This document shows positions 15,023-25,180 of a stretch of DNA of 25,577 nucleotides, in pieces. A model generated the notes under the pieces. The model saw only the letters and a list, made by a program, of their open reading frames with translations, made no database searches and was not told the origin of the DNA. The stretch lies in the IMG/VR virus record IMGVR_UViG_3300044724_004329, positions 1-25,577 of that record. One strand, 5' to 3'. The position numbers and the translations under genes are program-made. Positions within the stretch are counted from its first letter, which is position 1, and the number at the start of each line of letters is the position of its first letter. The DNA is from a virus (taxonomy: Duplodnaviria; Caudoviricetes).

Positions 15023-16910
15023 AGAAATTCTTTCGATCCTCGGCATTGACAGTGTTGAGGACTTAACTCACGAAGAATATCTCTCACTCCTTAAGGAGGC
15101 ATCTGTTCGCGCACAGATGAAAGGGTCTGCCATTTCAAAAGATGCTCTGATAAGAATCACGAAAGAGATCAAGAGAGTTAGAAGTGAATCAACGACAGCA
15201 ACTGCAAAGGGGACAAGTCAGGAAGAAGTAAGAAAGAGAAAAGTAAATCCACAAAAAGTCTTTGCTTCGGCTCCCAAACCAGTTCAGAAGACTGGGGGAA
15301 CCGCTGGTCAGAAACTGTTGGCCGCAGGAAAAGAAAAGCAGGCCGAGGATGAAAAAGAAACAAGAGCTCTGACTGTTATTATTCCTTCAGCACTAAACAC
15401 TCTTGCTGCGGGTGTGAACAACGTTGTCAAGGTCATGGTGAAGGATCTCACCATGGAGAAGAAGCAGTCAGAAGCAGAAAGAAAGGCAGCAGAAAATCTT
15501 GGACGAGCAGAAAAAGAAGAGGATAGCGAAAAGAAAGTTGAAGAGAAGACGAATAAGTTTTTCAAGGGTTTTAAACCTCCACAACTTGGCATCTTCGACA
15601 GACTGAAGAATTTTGTCACCAATGTTGCTCTTGGTGGATTATTGACGTGGTTAACAAAACCAGAGAATCAAGATAAGGTTAAGAAATTTACTGATTTCAT
15701 TGAGGATCATGGATATAAGATTCTCGTAGGAATCGCTGGACTGTTGGCACTTGGAATTGGTGCTCAAATTATTGGATTCATTGGAACTTTGATTAGTCTT
15801 GGTGGAATTCTTCTCCCTCTTCTTAAGGTGATTGCTGCTGCAGCACTTGTAGTCGGTGCGATAGAGTTGGGCGCCCGGTTGGGAGAGGGAATAAAGAATT
15901 ATTTCCAAGGAGGTGAAGCAGGAGTACAGTTTGACGAAAAGGCTAAGAAAGAAGCATTTGATGCTGCTGGAATTCTTGCGGACACCAAGGGATCGGCGGT
16001 TGCGAATCCTGATGGAACTCAGATGTACGTTAATTTATATGACCTTCCAGAGGGAGATCCACAGAAACTTCCAGGTCCAAGTCTCATGGGCCGCAAGGCA
16101 GCATCCGGGGAAAATCGTAATGCGAGAGTCCCTCTAAATCTCTATAACGACACGCATAGAAAATACATTGAGAAGCATTTTGGAAAAGACAGATTGGCTG
16201 AAATGGATGCAGCTGATGCAGCTTATAAAAAGAGAATTGAATCTAAGGATAAGGTAAAAGAATCCATGAAGGCAGAGTGGGATGAAATAACAGGAAAACA
16301 AGATTGGGACTTTATGGGAGGTTTTGCTGATTTGGCCTCTCATTTTGATGAAGATAAGAGAGCAAAAATTGAAGAATTGAATGAACGTTATGGAAGAGCA
16401 TTGACTGAGGTTTATGATCAGGGTACAGCAGAATTAGAAAAGAGAGATAAAACAAAGCCAATTACTGCTCAGGAGAAGCAAGATGCTGCTTATAAACTTT
16501 ACTTAGAAGAAAAAGGTTTGGAAGATGATCCAGACAGTTTCACTGAGTTTATCAATCAATATAAACCAGAAGCACCCAAACCAGAACAACCTAAGCCTGA
16601 AGCACCAACTAAGGTGGAAATACCAGCACCAGAACCACCTACAGAAACACTCAGTCCAACATCATTTACCAGACCCTCTTCTGGAGCCGATCCACAAGAA
16701 AGTTCTTATGAACGTCAACTTCGATTGATGAAAGAAGCAATGACGAAGGTTGATGTTACTGTTGTTCCTGTTGAAAAAGATAAAGCAGGAGTTGGTGCAG
16801 GGGCAAGAGGTGGTCAAAACATCATAGATAAATTCTCTGTTGTGGATCAAACGAATGTTTCGATCGCAGCAGTTGCTGGTGTTTACAACAGTCCAATCCC
16901 GAGGGCATAA
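15015..16910 (+). CDS. tape-measure-like virion protein 1
   Basis: 631 aa, helical and charged with a central hydrophobic stretch; follows gp26/gp51. Confidence 0.6.
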   Translation: MDEEILSILGIDSVEDLTHEEYLSLLKEASVRAQMKGSAISKDALIRITKEIKRVRSESTTATAKGTSQEEVRKRKVNPQKVFASAPKPVQKTGGTAGQKLLAAGKEKQAEDEKETRALTVIIPSALNTLAAGVNNVVKVMVKDLTMEKKQSEAERKAAENLGRAEKEEDSEKKVEEKTNKFFKGFKPPQLGIFDRLKNFVTNVALGGLLTWLTKPENQDKVKKFTDFIEDHGYKILVGIAGLLALGIGAQIIGFIGTLISLGGILLPLLKVIAAAALVVGAIELGARLGEGIKNYFQGGEAGVQFDEKAKKEAFDAAGILADTKGSAVANPDGTQMYVNLYDLPEGDPQKLPGPSLMGRKAASGENRNARVPLNLYNDTHRKYIEKHFGKDRLAEMDAADAAYKKRIESKDKVKESMKAEWDEITGKQDWDFMGGFADLASHFDEDKRAKIEELNERYGRALTEVYDQGTAELEKRDKTKPITAQEKQDAAYKLYLEEKGLEDDPDSFTEFINQYKPEAPKPEQPKPEAPTKVEIPAPEPPTETLSPTSFTRPSSGADPQESSYERQLRLMKEAMTKVDVTVVPVEKDKAGVGAGARGGQNIIDKFSVVDQTNVSIAAVAGVYNSPIPRA

Positions 16911-16913
16911 TCC

Positions 16914-19013
16914 ATGGCAATTTCGGGGATTCTCAAAGGATTTTTGGGTGGAGACTCAGATAAAAAGACACAAACAAGTGGTCCAGAGATGGCACAACGA
17001 ATGTTGCCGCCTGCTGAGGATAATAAGCAACAGAAAGGACAGATTGTCCCAGTTAAAAGTTCTCAAATTGTCCAGGCACGTCCCGTAAAAGTTGACAGCA
17101 AAAAAGCAGACGTTGATGACACGGGAATCAGTCCTCTTGATTCTGCTTTTGTTGGTCTCGCTGGTGCTGTTAACTCTCTGAGAAGTGTTATTGGAGAAAA
17201 GTTCAAATTTGAGAAAAAGGACAACAAACAAAAAGCACTCAAGAGAGAAAATCTTCTCAGATTCCTCAAGAATAAAGGTCTTGCAGTTGTTGGTGCAGGA
17301 ATGGCACTTGCAAAGGCAATCGACGACAAAACGAACATCTTTGAAAAGATGAAGAAGTTTTTTGTCAATGTGATGATTGGTGGACTCGTTACTTATCTTT
17401 TAAAGAACTGGGAAAAGGTGGTTGAATGGTGGAATGACACTCGGGAGAAACTTACTCCAATTCTTAAAAATCTAAAAGAATGGATCTTTGACCCTCTTTG
17501 GGGACTTATGAAATGGGTTGCGGTTGAAGGCACTAAACTGATAACTAACGTTTTGTCATATCCACCAATTCAGAACGCTCTTGGTGAAGCTGAAAAGAAA
17601 CTGGGCGAGTTGCTTGGAATTGAATCTGACATTACGGGACAAATTCCAGGTTTGAAAAACTCTTTAAGCAGTCTGGAAGAAAAGTATGGAAGTCAGGGAC
17701 CTGCCCCACCAGGTGCTCAACCAACGGTTGATGGTACAAGAGCTTCTGGTGCGGTTACAAGTGCAACAGCACAGGGACAAGTTAAGAAATCAGGATTTAC
17801 TCAAAGTGATTTTGAATTGTTTAGAGATGTAATCGCTCAGAAGGAATCACGCGGCAGATATAACATTCAGGGTGGTTCTGGTGATATGTATGCTGGTCGA
17901 TATCAAATGGGTGCAGCAGCAAGACAGGATGCTGCAAGACTTTTGGGGGAGACTTATCAGGGAGATGACGAAGCAGCAAGAAAGAAATTTAGAGAAGATC
18001 CAGAAATGCAGGAAAGATACTTTGCTGCGTACACAAGAGCAAATCATGGGTATCTGACAGGAACTCCTGAGTATGACAGACTAACCCCTCAAGGAAAGCT
18101 TCAAGTTCTTGCTTATGCTCACAACGCTGGAGCGGGAAATGCAATCAAATGGTTGAAAGGTGGACGCTCAAAGAGTTTCCGTGATGGATTTAACACAAAG
18201 TCATCAGATTATGCAGATGCAGTTAAGGCAGCACAAGGGGGTGGGACAAGACCCTCGTTCCCTCCTCCTGCCGCTGCAAGTCCAAGTGGTGCAGCTTTTG
18301 TTAATCCCACACCAAAAACAAATCTGAAGACTCAAAAGGGTGGATATGCCGCAGACACTGGACTTGACATTCATGGAAAAATTGGTGATCCTATCGTCTC
18401 TCCTGTTAGTGGTACTTTGGAATATGCAGAAGAGGGTCATACTGCACAGTCAAATCAAGACTCGGATCCCACGAGACCAGGATTTCAACCACAACACAGT
18501 TTTAGAATTAAATTAGACAAACCAATTTCATTTGGAGGAAAAACTGTAAGATTTGTTTATGGAACTCACTTGGCAACACTTGATCCTGCTGTTGCTAACA
18601 AAAGTGGAATAAAGATAAGACAAGGACAACTTCTTGGTACCATGGGACAAGCAAATAATGTCCCGCACTTACACTTAGGATTGGTTGGTGACAGAGCACA
18701 AGCAGAATTTCTCAATTTCAAAGAAGTTGACAAAGTTCTTGGGGGAAGATATTCTGATAAACCCACAGTAACATCAATTTACAATGGTTCTGTGACAGCA
18801 CCACCCGCTGCTCAAGAAAGTGGTTATGAGAGACAATTGAGACTAATGCAAGAGAGAATGAAAGTAACGGTTCCCATTCCTCAGGGTGAAAATCCACCAG
18901 TCGTGGTTCAGAGTGGAGGTGCTGGACCAAATGGATCTGGTGGACCCACCGAACGTCAGATGGTAAATAGTTCAGCAATTGCCAGATTCCACGCAGCAAT
19001 GTGGGGTAACTAA
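16914..19013 (+). CDS. tape-measure-like virion protein 2 with lysozyme-like and M23-like domains
   Basis: IAQKESRGRYN...GRYQM...AHNAG (lysozyme/transglycosylase-like); GLDIHGKIGDPIVSPVSG...THL...PHLHLG (M23-like). Confidence 0.75.
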   Translation: MAISGILKGFLGGDSDKKTQTSGPEMAQRMLPPAEDNKQQKGQIVPVKSSQIVQARPVKVDSKKADVDDTGISPLDSAFVGLAGAVNSLRSVIGEKFKFEKKDNKQKALKRENLLRFLKNKGLAVVGAGMALAKAIDDKTNIFEKMKKFFVNVMIGGLVTYLLKNWEKVVEWWNDTREKLTPILKNLKEWIFDPLWGLMKWVAVEGTKLITNVLSYPPIQNALGEAEKKLGELLGIESDITGQIPGLKNSLSSLEEKYGSQGPAPPGAQPTVDGTRASGAVTSATAQGQVKKSGFTQSDFELFRDVIAQKESRGRYNIQGGSGDMYAGRYQMGAAARQDAARLLGETYQGDDEAARKKFREDPEMQERYFAAYTRANHGYLTGTPEYDRLTPQGKLQVLAYAHNAGAGNAIKWLKGGRSKSFRDGFNTKSSDYADAVKAAQGGGTRPSFPPPAAASPSGAAFVNPTPKTNLKTQKGGYAADTGLDIHGKIGDPIVSPVSGTLEYAEEGHTAQSNQDSDPTRPGFQPQHSFRIKLDKPISFGGKTVRFVYGTHLATLDPAVANKSGIKIRQGQLLGTMGQANNVPHLHLGLVGDRAQAEFLNFKEVDKVLGGRYSDKPTVTSIYNGSVTAPPAAQESGYERQLRLMQERMKVTVPIPQGENPPVVVQSGGAGPNGSGGPTERQMVNSSAIARFHAAMWGN

Positions 19014-20314
19014 TGACGAACGAGAATCCAGCTACAGGCGCAGGTAATATTAAAAGATTTGAGATCACTCCTAACAAAGGCGGTGAAGCAAAAGATCTTT
19101 CTGCTGCGGTCGTTGAATATCATTATTATGAAAGTGTAATGTCAAATTACATTTCATCGATTGCGACTGTCATTGAAACAGGAAACGAAGACAAAGGACC
19201 TGCAAAAGCAGTCCTCGATAGTCTTCCAATTCGTGGTGGAGAGAAAGGAGACATTATTATTGAGGATGCAGTTGGAAATAAACTGATCGTTACTAATGGT
19301 TTGTATGTAAATCGCATCCGAGGAGCGCAACCAGGATCAACAAAACAACATTATTTTCTTGATTTCTCATCCAGAGAATATTTTGATAATGAGCAGTCAA
19401 GAGTTATCAAGAGATATGAGGGAAAGATTTCTGATAATGTCGAAACAATTTTAAAAGATGTTCTAAAAACAAAAGGGAAAATTGAAGTTGATGAAACCTC
19501 TTTGGAATACAATTTTTATGGAAATTATAAGAAACCTTTTTACATTTGCACCTGGTTAGCAACTAAATCTGTTCCAACAGAGGGTGTGGAGAAGACTGGT
19601 GGATTTTTGTTTTTCCAAACTCGTGATGGATTGTTCTTCAAATCGATTGATAAATTGTTTGAAAAAGAATCAAAGAAGAAATACATTTATAATGACACAC
19701 AAGGACTTCCACCAGGATATGATGAAAAGATTCTTTCTTATGAAATTAACAGTGACATTGAAATGGACAGAAGTTTAATGATGGGTGCTTATAATTCACA
19801 AACGATTCTGTTTGATTATTTTAAACATGAGTTCACGACAATTAACCTTGACATCAATAAGCAAAAGGGTGGAGCAATAAATGCTGGACCAGATTATGTC
19901 AATGTTAATCCAGAGTTCATTGAGAAACCATCCAGACTTATGTTTCACCTGATGGATTATGGAGTTAATCCTCGTGGCAGTGGGGATGCACAACTTTCGA
20001 ACTGGAGAGAAGGGACAGACGCAAAACCAAACTTTGATGCTCAAAAAACACTGCTGCAAACCATTATGCGTTATCAGCAGATGTTCACGGTTCAGACCTC
20101 AATTACAATTCCTGGAGATTTTTCAATCAAAGCAGGTGACATTATTGAATGTGATTTTCCAGACCTTGAAGGAAAACAAAATAAAGAAAATAATAAGCAA
20201 ACTGGTGGTAAATACATGGTAGCCCATGTTTGTCATCGCGTGACTCCGAAAGATTCACTTACACGTCTTGGTTTGGTAAGAGACTCCTTTGGTAAGAAAG
20301 GAGGTGGATTCTAA
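19013..20314 (+). CDS. baseplate hub / tail protein (gp27-like)
   Basis: YYESV, LPIRGGE, FLFFQT, IPGDFSIKAGD, GKYMV, LVRDS; immediately before the gp5-like gene. Confidence 0.7.
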   Translation: MTNENPATGAGNIKRFEITPNKGGEAKDLSAAVVEYHYYESVMSNYISSIATVIETGNEDKGPAKAVLDSLPIRGGEKGDIIIEDAVGNKLIVTNGLYVNRIRGAQPGSTKQHYFLDFSSREYFDNEQSRVIKRYEGKISDNVETILKDVLKTKGKIEVDETSLEYNFYGNYKKPFYICTWLATKSVPTEGVEKTGGFLFFQTRDGLFFKSIDKLFEKESKKKYIYNDTQGLPPGYDEKILSYEINSDIEMDRSLMMGAYNSQTILFDYFKHEFTTINLDINKQKGGAINAGPDYVNVNPEFIEKPSRLMFHLMDYGVNPRGSGDAQLSNWREGTDAKPNFDAQKTLLQTIMRYQQMFTVQTSITIPGDFSIKAGDIIECDFPDLEGKQNKENNKQTGGKYMVAHVCHRVTPKDSLTRLGLVRDSFGKKGGGF

Positions 20315-22653
20315 TGGCTGAACAGCAAGACTTAAACCTTCATTACTTTGGTAAGGGACCAAAGGTTGAGTGGATTGGACAAATTGCCTCTGAGAAATCT
20401 TGGCGCGACAACTCACAAGGAAAACCATCCAAGCAAAACAACGCAGATCAAAAGGGTTTTGCTGAAAGGTATCGCGTTGCGATTCAGGGAAGAATTCCTG
20501 ATGACATGAGTCTGATCACAGACGAGGATCTTCCTTGGGCATATGTTGAGTATCCAGTTACTGCTGGCGGAGGAGGAAGAGGTTCTGGTCAATCTTCAAA
20601 CCTTGCACAGGGAACAACTGTTAGAGGTTACTTTGCTGATGGGAGTGAGGAACAACTTCCAATTATTACCAGTGTTGTTGGTTTCAATGATTGGAACGCG
20701 ATTCTTAAGTATCCCCCAACTGACAAGAGATACACGTCTTACAGTGGATTTTTAGAGGATGAGAAGATCTCTCCTTATCTTGTAAAGGCATTTCCTGGTG
20801 GTCTTACGGCATTTCCTGTTGATTGGAATGGTGCTGCGATCAACATGAATTGGTCGGAGAGTCTTCAAGCTTCCAACACGTTCATTGATATGGCAAGTTG
20901 GGATGCTGCTGAAGAAGGTAAGAAGAAAGAACCACTTGCCGAGACTGAAGAATGTAAACCCATGCCAATGGGTAAGATTCAGAAAGAGATTCAGAATGCC
21001 ATCAATGACATTCAAAAACTGCAGAAGTCATTGTATGACTTCCGTTATGCAATTTCTGCAGAGACTGCTGATATTCAAAAGAAAATCAATGATAAGATCC
21101 AGGAAGTATCAAAAAAGGTTGCCTCTCTCTTCAAAGACATTCTGAATCAAATTCAGAAAGGAATTACCAACAAGGTCAATAAGGCTCTGAAGAAAGTTTA
21201 TTTCTTGTTGTTCCCAAGTGATCGACCCAAACTCAAAAAGCAAGTCGAAACTGTCAATGACCTAATCGCTTGCTTGTTCAAGAATCTCATCAAAGGTCTT
21301 CTTGGAATGGTTGCTAACTTTATTGGCGAAGCAGCGAAGAAGATCGTCAATGCAGCAGAGTGCTTCATTACTAACTCTTTGGGCCAAATGCTGGGTCAAA
21401 TGCTTTCTGGAATTCAGAATGCAATCAGCGGCATCATGGGTGGTGTGAATGCTCTGGTTGGATCAGTTGTTGGTGTCGGTGACATCGTTGCCAACGTTAT
21501 TAAGGATCTCCTTTCTTTCCTCTCCTGCGAAACTCAGAATGAGTGTCAGGAAGTTAACGAGTGGAGCATTTGGAGTGGACCAAAGAGCACTAACATTGGA
21601 GACATCATTGAGGTTTTGAATGTTGCCAATGATGTTGCATCCACAGTGAGCAACACGATCAGCAGCACTGGTGCAGCACTTGGTCAGATTATTGATCCAG
21701 TTGTAAACATTGGAGATGTTTTTGCCAGCGGCGCGAGTGCATGTTTCACTGGACCCCAAGCATGTGGACCACCAACGATTGATTTTATCGGAAAAGGAAA
21801 GGGAGCACTCGGAAACCTGATTGTTTCATCCGCTGGTTCTGTCATTGGATATGATCCAATCGCTTTTGGTCTTGGTTATGACCTGTTCAGCAGCGCACAC
21901 GTTGAGGATGCATGTGGAAACGGATCTGGTGCAGTTGTCACACCTGTCCTGAATGATGAAGGAGGAATCATCGATCTCATCATCATTCAAGGTGGAACTG
22001 GTTATCTCCCCACACCAAACGGATCAAATGGTGGTAATGGGAGAGTGTGGGCAACTCCAAATGACACAGAGATTACCCATCCAAATGGAGATCTTGAAGT
22101 TCCCATTCCTCCAGATTATGTTGTTGAGGTTCAACCTGGTGACTTGGTAAATACTCCATGTGGGACAGAAGTTGTTACTGAACCAATTGATAATGATCCC
22201 ACGACTGGTGGAGAAACCATTCAAGGGTGCAGCAATCATGTTGTTCAAAGACCAGGTAGATTTACAACACCCCGTCCAATTTATACCAGGAATCAGGGAA
22301 ATTATCCTACTTCAGGTGACGGTTCCTATCCTGTTATTCTTTATCTTTGCGAAGTAATCATTGAGGACGCGGGAATCAATTATCAACCAGGCGATCAGGT
22401 TATAATTGAACCAGCAAACGGTGCAACTGCGGAAGCACAGTTTGATGCAATGGGAAGAGTGTTGTCTGTTAAAGTCACAGAATCTGGTGAAGGATTCATT
22501 GAACTTCCCAACATTTACATTCGTTCTGACACTGGATTCAACGCATCACTTCTTCCTAAGTTCTGTGTTGATCGAGTTGGTGAGGATGAAGTTAAGACTC
22601 CAGAACTTCAGGATAAGATTGTCACCGTCGTGGATTGTGTAGGTAAATTCTAA
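20314..22653 (+). CDS. baseplate central spike protein, gp5-like N-terminal OB domain
   Basis: WIGQI, RYRVAIQG, DEDLPWA, VRGYFADG..QLPII; then coiled coil and Gly-rich beta repeats. Confidence 0.75.
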   Translation: MAEQQDLNLHYFGKGPKVEWIGQIASEKSWRDNSQGKPSKQNNADQKGFAERYRVAIQGRIPDDMSLITDEDLPWAYVEYPVTAGGGGRGSGQSSNLAQGTTVRGYFADGSEEQLPIITSVVGFNDWNAILKYPPTDKRYTSYSGFLEDEKISPYLVKAFPGGLTAFPVDWNGAAINMNWSESLQASNTFIDMASWDAAEEGKKKEPLAETEECKPMPMGKIQKEIQNAINDIQKLQKSLYDFRYAISAETADIQKKINDKIQEVSKKVASLFKDILNQIQKGITNKVNKALKKVYFLLFPSDRPKLKKQVETVNDLIACLFKNLIKGLLGMVANFIGEAAKKIVNAAECFITNSLGQMLGQMLSGIQNAISGIMGGVNALVGSVVGVGDIVANVIKDLLSFLSCETQNECQEVNEWSIWSGPKSTNIGDIIEVLNVANDVASTVSNTISSTGAALGQIIDPVVNIGDVFASGASACFTGPQACGPPTIDFIGKGKGALGNLIVSSAGSVIGYDPIAFGLGYDLFSSAHVEDACGNGSGAVVTPVLNDEGGIIDLIIIQGGTGYLPTPNGSNGGNGRVWATPNDTEITHPNGDLEVPIPPDYVVEVQPGDLVNTPCGTEVVTEPIDNDPTTGGETIQGCSNHVVQRPGRFTTPRPIYTRNQGNYPTSGDGSYPVILYLCEVIIEDAGINYQPGDQVIIEPANGATAEAQFDAMGRVLSVKVTESGEGFIELPNIYIRSDTGFNASLLPKFCVDRVGEDEVKTPELQDKIVTVVDCVGKF

Positions 22654-23237
22654 TGTCAGAAAAAAAGAATTATCACCAGGTTCGATACGGAACCGCAGAG
22701 GGTGAGATCAAGTTCGGTCACATTCACAGTGATAATGAGCAGTCTGCTGTGTTGCTTCGCAACGGCAAAACGTGGCGTCATTACATCACATTAGACCAAA
22801 CAGGTAAACCACACAGGAAACACGGAACAATGTGTGTTTCACCTGGTGCTTTTCAGGTGATTGCTGGCGATGGTTACACTGACAAAGAAAAAGGTCAACC
22901 TGCCATCTACATGGATGCCAAGAAGGGAGACATGGTTCTTCGCTGTCCAGAAGGCACTCTTAGAATTGAAGCTAAGAACATTGAAATGATTGCAAAAGGT
23001 CCTGATGGTGAGAATGGATCTGTTACAATAAATGCAAATGAAAAATTTATTGTAAACGCTGCATCCGTTGACATCAGTGGAAAGGTCTCAACCAAAATCT
23101 TTTCTGAAAAAACAGTTGAGATGATTGGAAGAGGAATTGTAAATATTTACGGTGGATTAGTTGACATGGCTGATGGAGCAACATCTGTCATTGGATCGAA
23201 AGGCGGATCAACAAACGAGGATCAAAACAAATTATGA
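22653..23237 (+). CDS. probable spike beta-helix protein (gp5 C-terminal-like)
   Basis: Short alternating beta-strand repeats (IYMDAKKGDMVL, LRIEAKNIEMIA, VTINAN); TAATG-coupled. Confidence 0.55.
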   Translation: MSEKKNYHQVRYGTAEGEIKFGHIHSDNEQSAVLLRNGKTWRHYITLDQTGKPHRKHGTMCVSPGAFQVIAGDGYTDKEKGQPAIYMDAKKGDMVLRCPEGTLRIEAKNIEMIAKGPDGENGSVTINANEKFIVNAASVDISGKVSTKIFSEKTVEMIGRGIVNIYGGLVDMADGATSVIGSKGGSTNEDQNKL

Positions 23238-24019
23238 AGGTACCTGATTTATACGTTGGTAAAAGACTCTTCGTTGGAGAAGGGAGACCAATCGCACTTG
23301 GCATTGGACCATTGGAGATTCGTGGATCTTCTTACATTGAAGGTCCCGTGATGATGGGATCCCCTGGTGGATTCCCAAATGTTTGGGCAACGACCATGAT
23401 TGGTCCTTGTGTGAACACAGATTTAAAAACACCACCTTTGATTCCAGGTGCGCTTTGCACCGGAGTCAATAATCCTTATTCTCTTGCAGTTCAAGGTGGA
23501 TCTGCTTTCCTTGGAAACATTGACACCGCTTTGAATGTCAACGTTGGTCTCAACCTGATTGCTCAGGGAGAGGTCATGTCACGTTGTGGTGGCCACATTC
23601 TTTCTGCAAAGAAGAACTTTGACATTCCACACCCCAGTAAGGAAGGTTATCGTCTGAGACACACCTGTCCAGAAGCACCTTATAATGACGTATATATACG
23701 TGGTAAAGTAAAGAACACAAATGAAATCAAACTTCCAGATTATTGGAAGGACTTTGTGGATAAGTCCACCATTACGGTAAATCTGACTCCGATTGGTGCT
23801 CATCAGAATGTGATTGTGAAACGAGTGGAAGAAGAGAAGATTGTGCTACAATCTACAGGTGGAATTCCCATTCATTGTTATTATCACGTCTTTGCTGAGA
23901 GAAAGGATGGTGAGAAATTGATTCCTGAATATGAAGGAACAACACCAGCAGATTATCCAGGAGACAATGATCAATATTCCATCTCAGGTTATCATTACGA
24001 CGTTAAGGAGAGTTCATAA
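23234..24019 (+). CDS. virion/tail protein with C-terminal KNFDIPHP domain
   Basis: KKNFDIPHP..RLRHTC.E.P, LPDYWK, ITVNLT motifs. Confidence 0.75.
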   Translation: MKVPDLYVGKRLFVGEGRPIALGIGPLEIRGSSYIEGPVMMGSPGGFPNVWATTMIGPCVNTDLKTPPLIPGALCTGVNNPYSLAVQGGSAFLGNIDTALNVNVGLNLIAQGEVMSRCGGHILSAKKNFDIPHPSKEGYRLRHTCPEAPYNDVYIRGKVKNTNEIKLPDYWKDFVDKSTITVNLTPIGAHQNVIVKRVEEEKIVLQSTGGIPIHCYYHVFAERKDGEKLIPEYEGTTPADYPGDNDQYSISGYHYDVKESS

Positions 24020-24726
24020 TGGCATTCGTCCCACTTTCTATCGGCAATAAAGATTGCACCACCCAGACTCCTGGATCACCAGACCCTCAGTATCATTACA
24101 TTCTGAAGGCAACCACTGGGGACACTCTTTATCCCCCTGATGCATGTGCTCTCCTTTATCATTCTTGGTTTCAGGTTGATCGCATTCTGTTGAACACAGA
24201 CATCACTGGAGCGGGATTGATCAATATTGCTGGAAGTATTACAACAGCATCTCTCGTTGCTGCTGGTGGTGAGGTGACTTCTAATGGTGGTGCTCACATT
24301 CTTTCGGTGAAAAAGAACTTTGACATTCCACACCCAACTAAAGAAGGTTGGAGACTTCGCCACACCTGTATCGAAGGACCAGAGAACGCTGTGTTCTTCC
24401 GTGGAACAATGCGAGACACCCAATACATCAATCTTCCAGATTACTGGAAAGAACTGGTGAACCCAGAAAGCATTACGGTTCAACTAACTCAGATTGGAAC
24501 CTCACAAGATCTAATTGTGGAGAAAATTGAATATGGTCGAAGAATTAAAGTAAAGTCTGGCAACGCATCCACCATTCATTGTCATTACCTGGTTCAGGGA
24601 ACTCGCAAGGATGGTGAAGATCTCATCGCTGAATATGAGGGTGAAACTCCTGCTGATTATCCAGGTAACAACGATGAGTATTCAATCTCTGGTTATCACT
24701 ATGATGTAAAGGAGGATAAGAAATGA
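24019..24726 (+). CDS. paralog of the preceding tail protein
   Basis: Shares the ~140 aa C-terminal domain, ending ADYPG.ND.YSISGYHYDVKE. Confidence 0.75.
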   Translation: MAFVPLSIGNKDCTTQTPGSPDPQYHYILKATTGDTLYPPDACALLYHSWFQVDRILLNTDITGAGLINIAGSITTASLVAAGGEVTSNGGAHILSVKKNFDIPHPTKEGWRLRHTCIEGPENAVFFRGTMRDTQYINLPDYWKELVNPESITVQLTQIGTSQDLIVEKIEYGRRIKVKSGNASTIHCHYLVQGTRKDGEDLIAEYEGETPADYPGNNDEYSISGYHYDVKEDKK

Positions 24727-24995
24727 ACATCGTTTACCAAGAAGGGTCTGCTGGAATCGTAACGGTTGGAACTTACACCTCAACAAGTAGTCCAACATTT
24801 GAAAATCTTTCCACCACACCAAACATTGAGATCACCACTCTGTCTGTGAGTGGGTTTGCCACAGTTGGTTTGGGAACAACTTCTGCTCCTGACAACAGTC
24901 AGATGACTTTTGAATTGACATCGGACACCAACCTCAGAGTTAAAGTTCGTGGTTCTGATGGTGTTCTGAGATCTGGTAATATTACTTTATCTTAA
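24723..24995 (+). CDS. small Thr/Ser-rich virion-like protein
   Basis: GGAGG RBS; C-terminal FELTSDTNLRVKVRGSDGVLRSGNITL. Confidence 0.7.
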   Translation: MNIVYQEGSAGIVTVGTYTSTSSPTFENLSTTPNIEITTLSVSGFATVGLGTTSAPDNSQMTFELTSDTNLRVKVRGSDGVLRSGNITLS

Positions 24996-24997
24996 TT

Positions 24998-25177
24998 ATG
25001 AGACCCGAAACAAGAAAGTCAATGGAAATGTTGTTCAAGGCAAAGTGGAATGTTCCGACTGCTGCCAAGAACTGCAACTTGACAGAAAAGGAAATGAAGA
25101 TTACATTTAATGAGTACTGTGTGTTTCATCCTAAGACTTACAATCCCACGAAGGAAGATCAACTCTGGTTGTTTTAA
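24998..25177 (+). CDS. small hypothetical protein (59 aa); not in ORF track
   Basis: MRPETRKSMEMLFKAKWNVPTAAKNCNLTEKEMKITFNEYC...; 2 nt after the upstream stop. Confidence 0.75.
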   Translation: MRPETRKSMEMLFKAKWNVPTAAKNCNLTEKEMKITFNEYCVFHPKTYNPTKEDQLWLF

Positions 25178-25180
25178 CTT

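Noticed and set aside
16560-16640. KPEAPKPEQPKPEAP repeat
   Set aside because: Degenerate Pro-rich protein linker, not a DNA-level array.
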